The position numbers were made by a program, and so were the translations under genes. Positions 63,249 through 64,000 of a stretch of DNA of 64,000 nucleotides are shown piece by piece. The notes under the pieces were generated by a model. It was not told the origin of the DNA. It ran no database searches and saw nothing but the letters and a program-made list of their open reading frames with translations. Numbering within the stretch: the first letter of the stretch is position 1; the number at the start of each line of letters is the position of its first letter. The DNA lies in NCBI RefSeq assembly GCF_006345805.1, contig NC_043009.1:37572001-37636000 (forward strand). Reading direction: 5' to 3'. This DNA comes from Octopus sinensis. Lineage: Eukaryota.

Positions 63249-64000
63249 TTGAATTTTCTGCTGCTTAAAATAAAGTATATATATATATATATATATATAT
63301 ATGGTAAAATGATTAATGATAGAAGGAGGAGGCATCTAGCAGTAAAAATCATGTCAAAAACATGAGAAACACCTGTTTTCTCTTGTGTATGGTAGATGAA
63401 GCACCACAATGAATAAGAATACAACATTGTGAGACTTGTTCAACCCAAGCTGGTATGACAAAGTGGTTATTCAAAAGTGATGACATACATTATTAGGTCT
63501 CAAATGTTATGGTCGCCATCTACTGTGCCTTAATGCAAGATTTATAACTCTATTTGCATTAGTTTACCTGACTGATAAAAGCAGGTTCTGTTTTTATGTT
63601 ACAGTTGAGTAAAAAGGTGCTAAGAAAGGTGTCAATTTATTATTATATGCTGGTGGCACATAAAAAGCACCATCCGATCGTGGCCGTTTGCCAGCCTCGC
63701 CTGGCGGCACGTAAAAAGCACCATCCGACCGTGGCCGTTTGCCAGACTTGTCTGGCACCTGTGCAGGTGGCACGTAAAAAGCACCCACTACACTCATGGA
63801 GTGGTTGGGGTTAGGAAGGGCATCCAGCCGTAGAAACATTGCCAGATCAGACTGGGCCTGGTGCAGCCTTCTGGCTTCCCAGACCCCAGTTGCACCATCC
63901 AGCCCGTGCCAGCATGGAAAGCGGACGCTAAACGATGATGATGATGCCATGCTTATATGGATGTATAATCAAAGTGGCTGAAAGAATTTAACTGTTCATC

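Larger units (their letters stand above)
60217..63275 (+). mobile_element. 5'-truncated Penelope-like retroelement (C-terminal endonuclease, Neptune-like linker) in an RBM26 intron
   Basis: RT motifs (LKDHKANF..PKCRLINPAK, FDIIDFYPSI, YRDDGL, WFNP..TNIG), CNC-x4-CPLEGKC linker, GIY-YIG-type endonuclease (VVY...YTG, CRLCLLEK); about 1.1 kb 3' region ending in a hammerhead and AATAAA; (TA)n on both flanks. Confidence 0.9.

Overview
AT-rich, repeat-dense animal genomic DNA. Intron sizes and the SINE, RTE and MITE families suggest a cephalopod, probably an octopus (inference). Two housekeeping genes lie head-to-head. On the minus strand is SPATA5/AFG2A (AAA+ ATPase): 9 coding exons reconstructed in phase from the ATG at 17086 to the end of the D1 domain at 650, continuing beyond base 1. 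On the plus strand is RBM26/27 (PWI-like, RS, CCCH zinc finger, RRM1): 12 coding exons in phase from 30328 to 59173, continuing beyond the window. Introns and the intergenic interval hold tRNA-derived SINEs, RTE and CR1-like LINE fragments, mariner, Tigger/pogo and hAT remnants, piggyBac-like and Charlie MITEs, and long foldback elements. A nearly complete Penelope-like retroelement (RT plus GIY-YIG) lies at 60217-63275. The most notable signal is a set of type-I hammerhead ribozyme motifs from three unrelated sequence families: 14138-14200 (-), 51471-51583 (+), 63199-63248 (+), and an inverted pair at 35503-35667. Their stem III is palindromic, the pattern of dimer-forming hammerheads. The best-preserved copies lie in the sense strand of the host pre-mRNAs. 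All structures were read by eye and none was computed.
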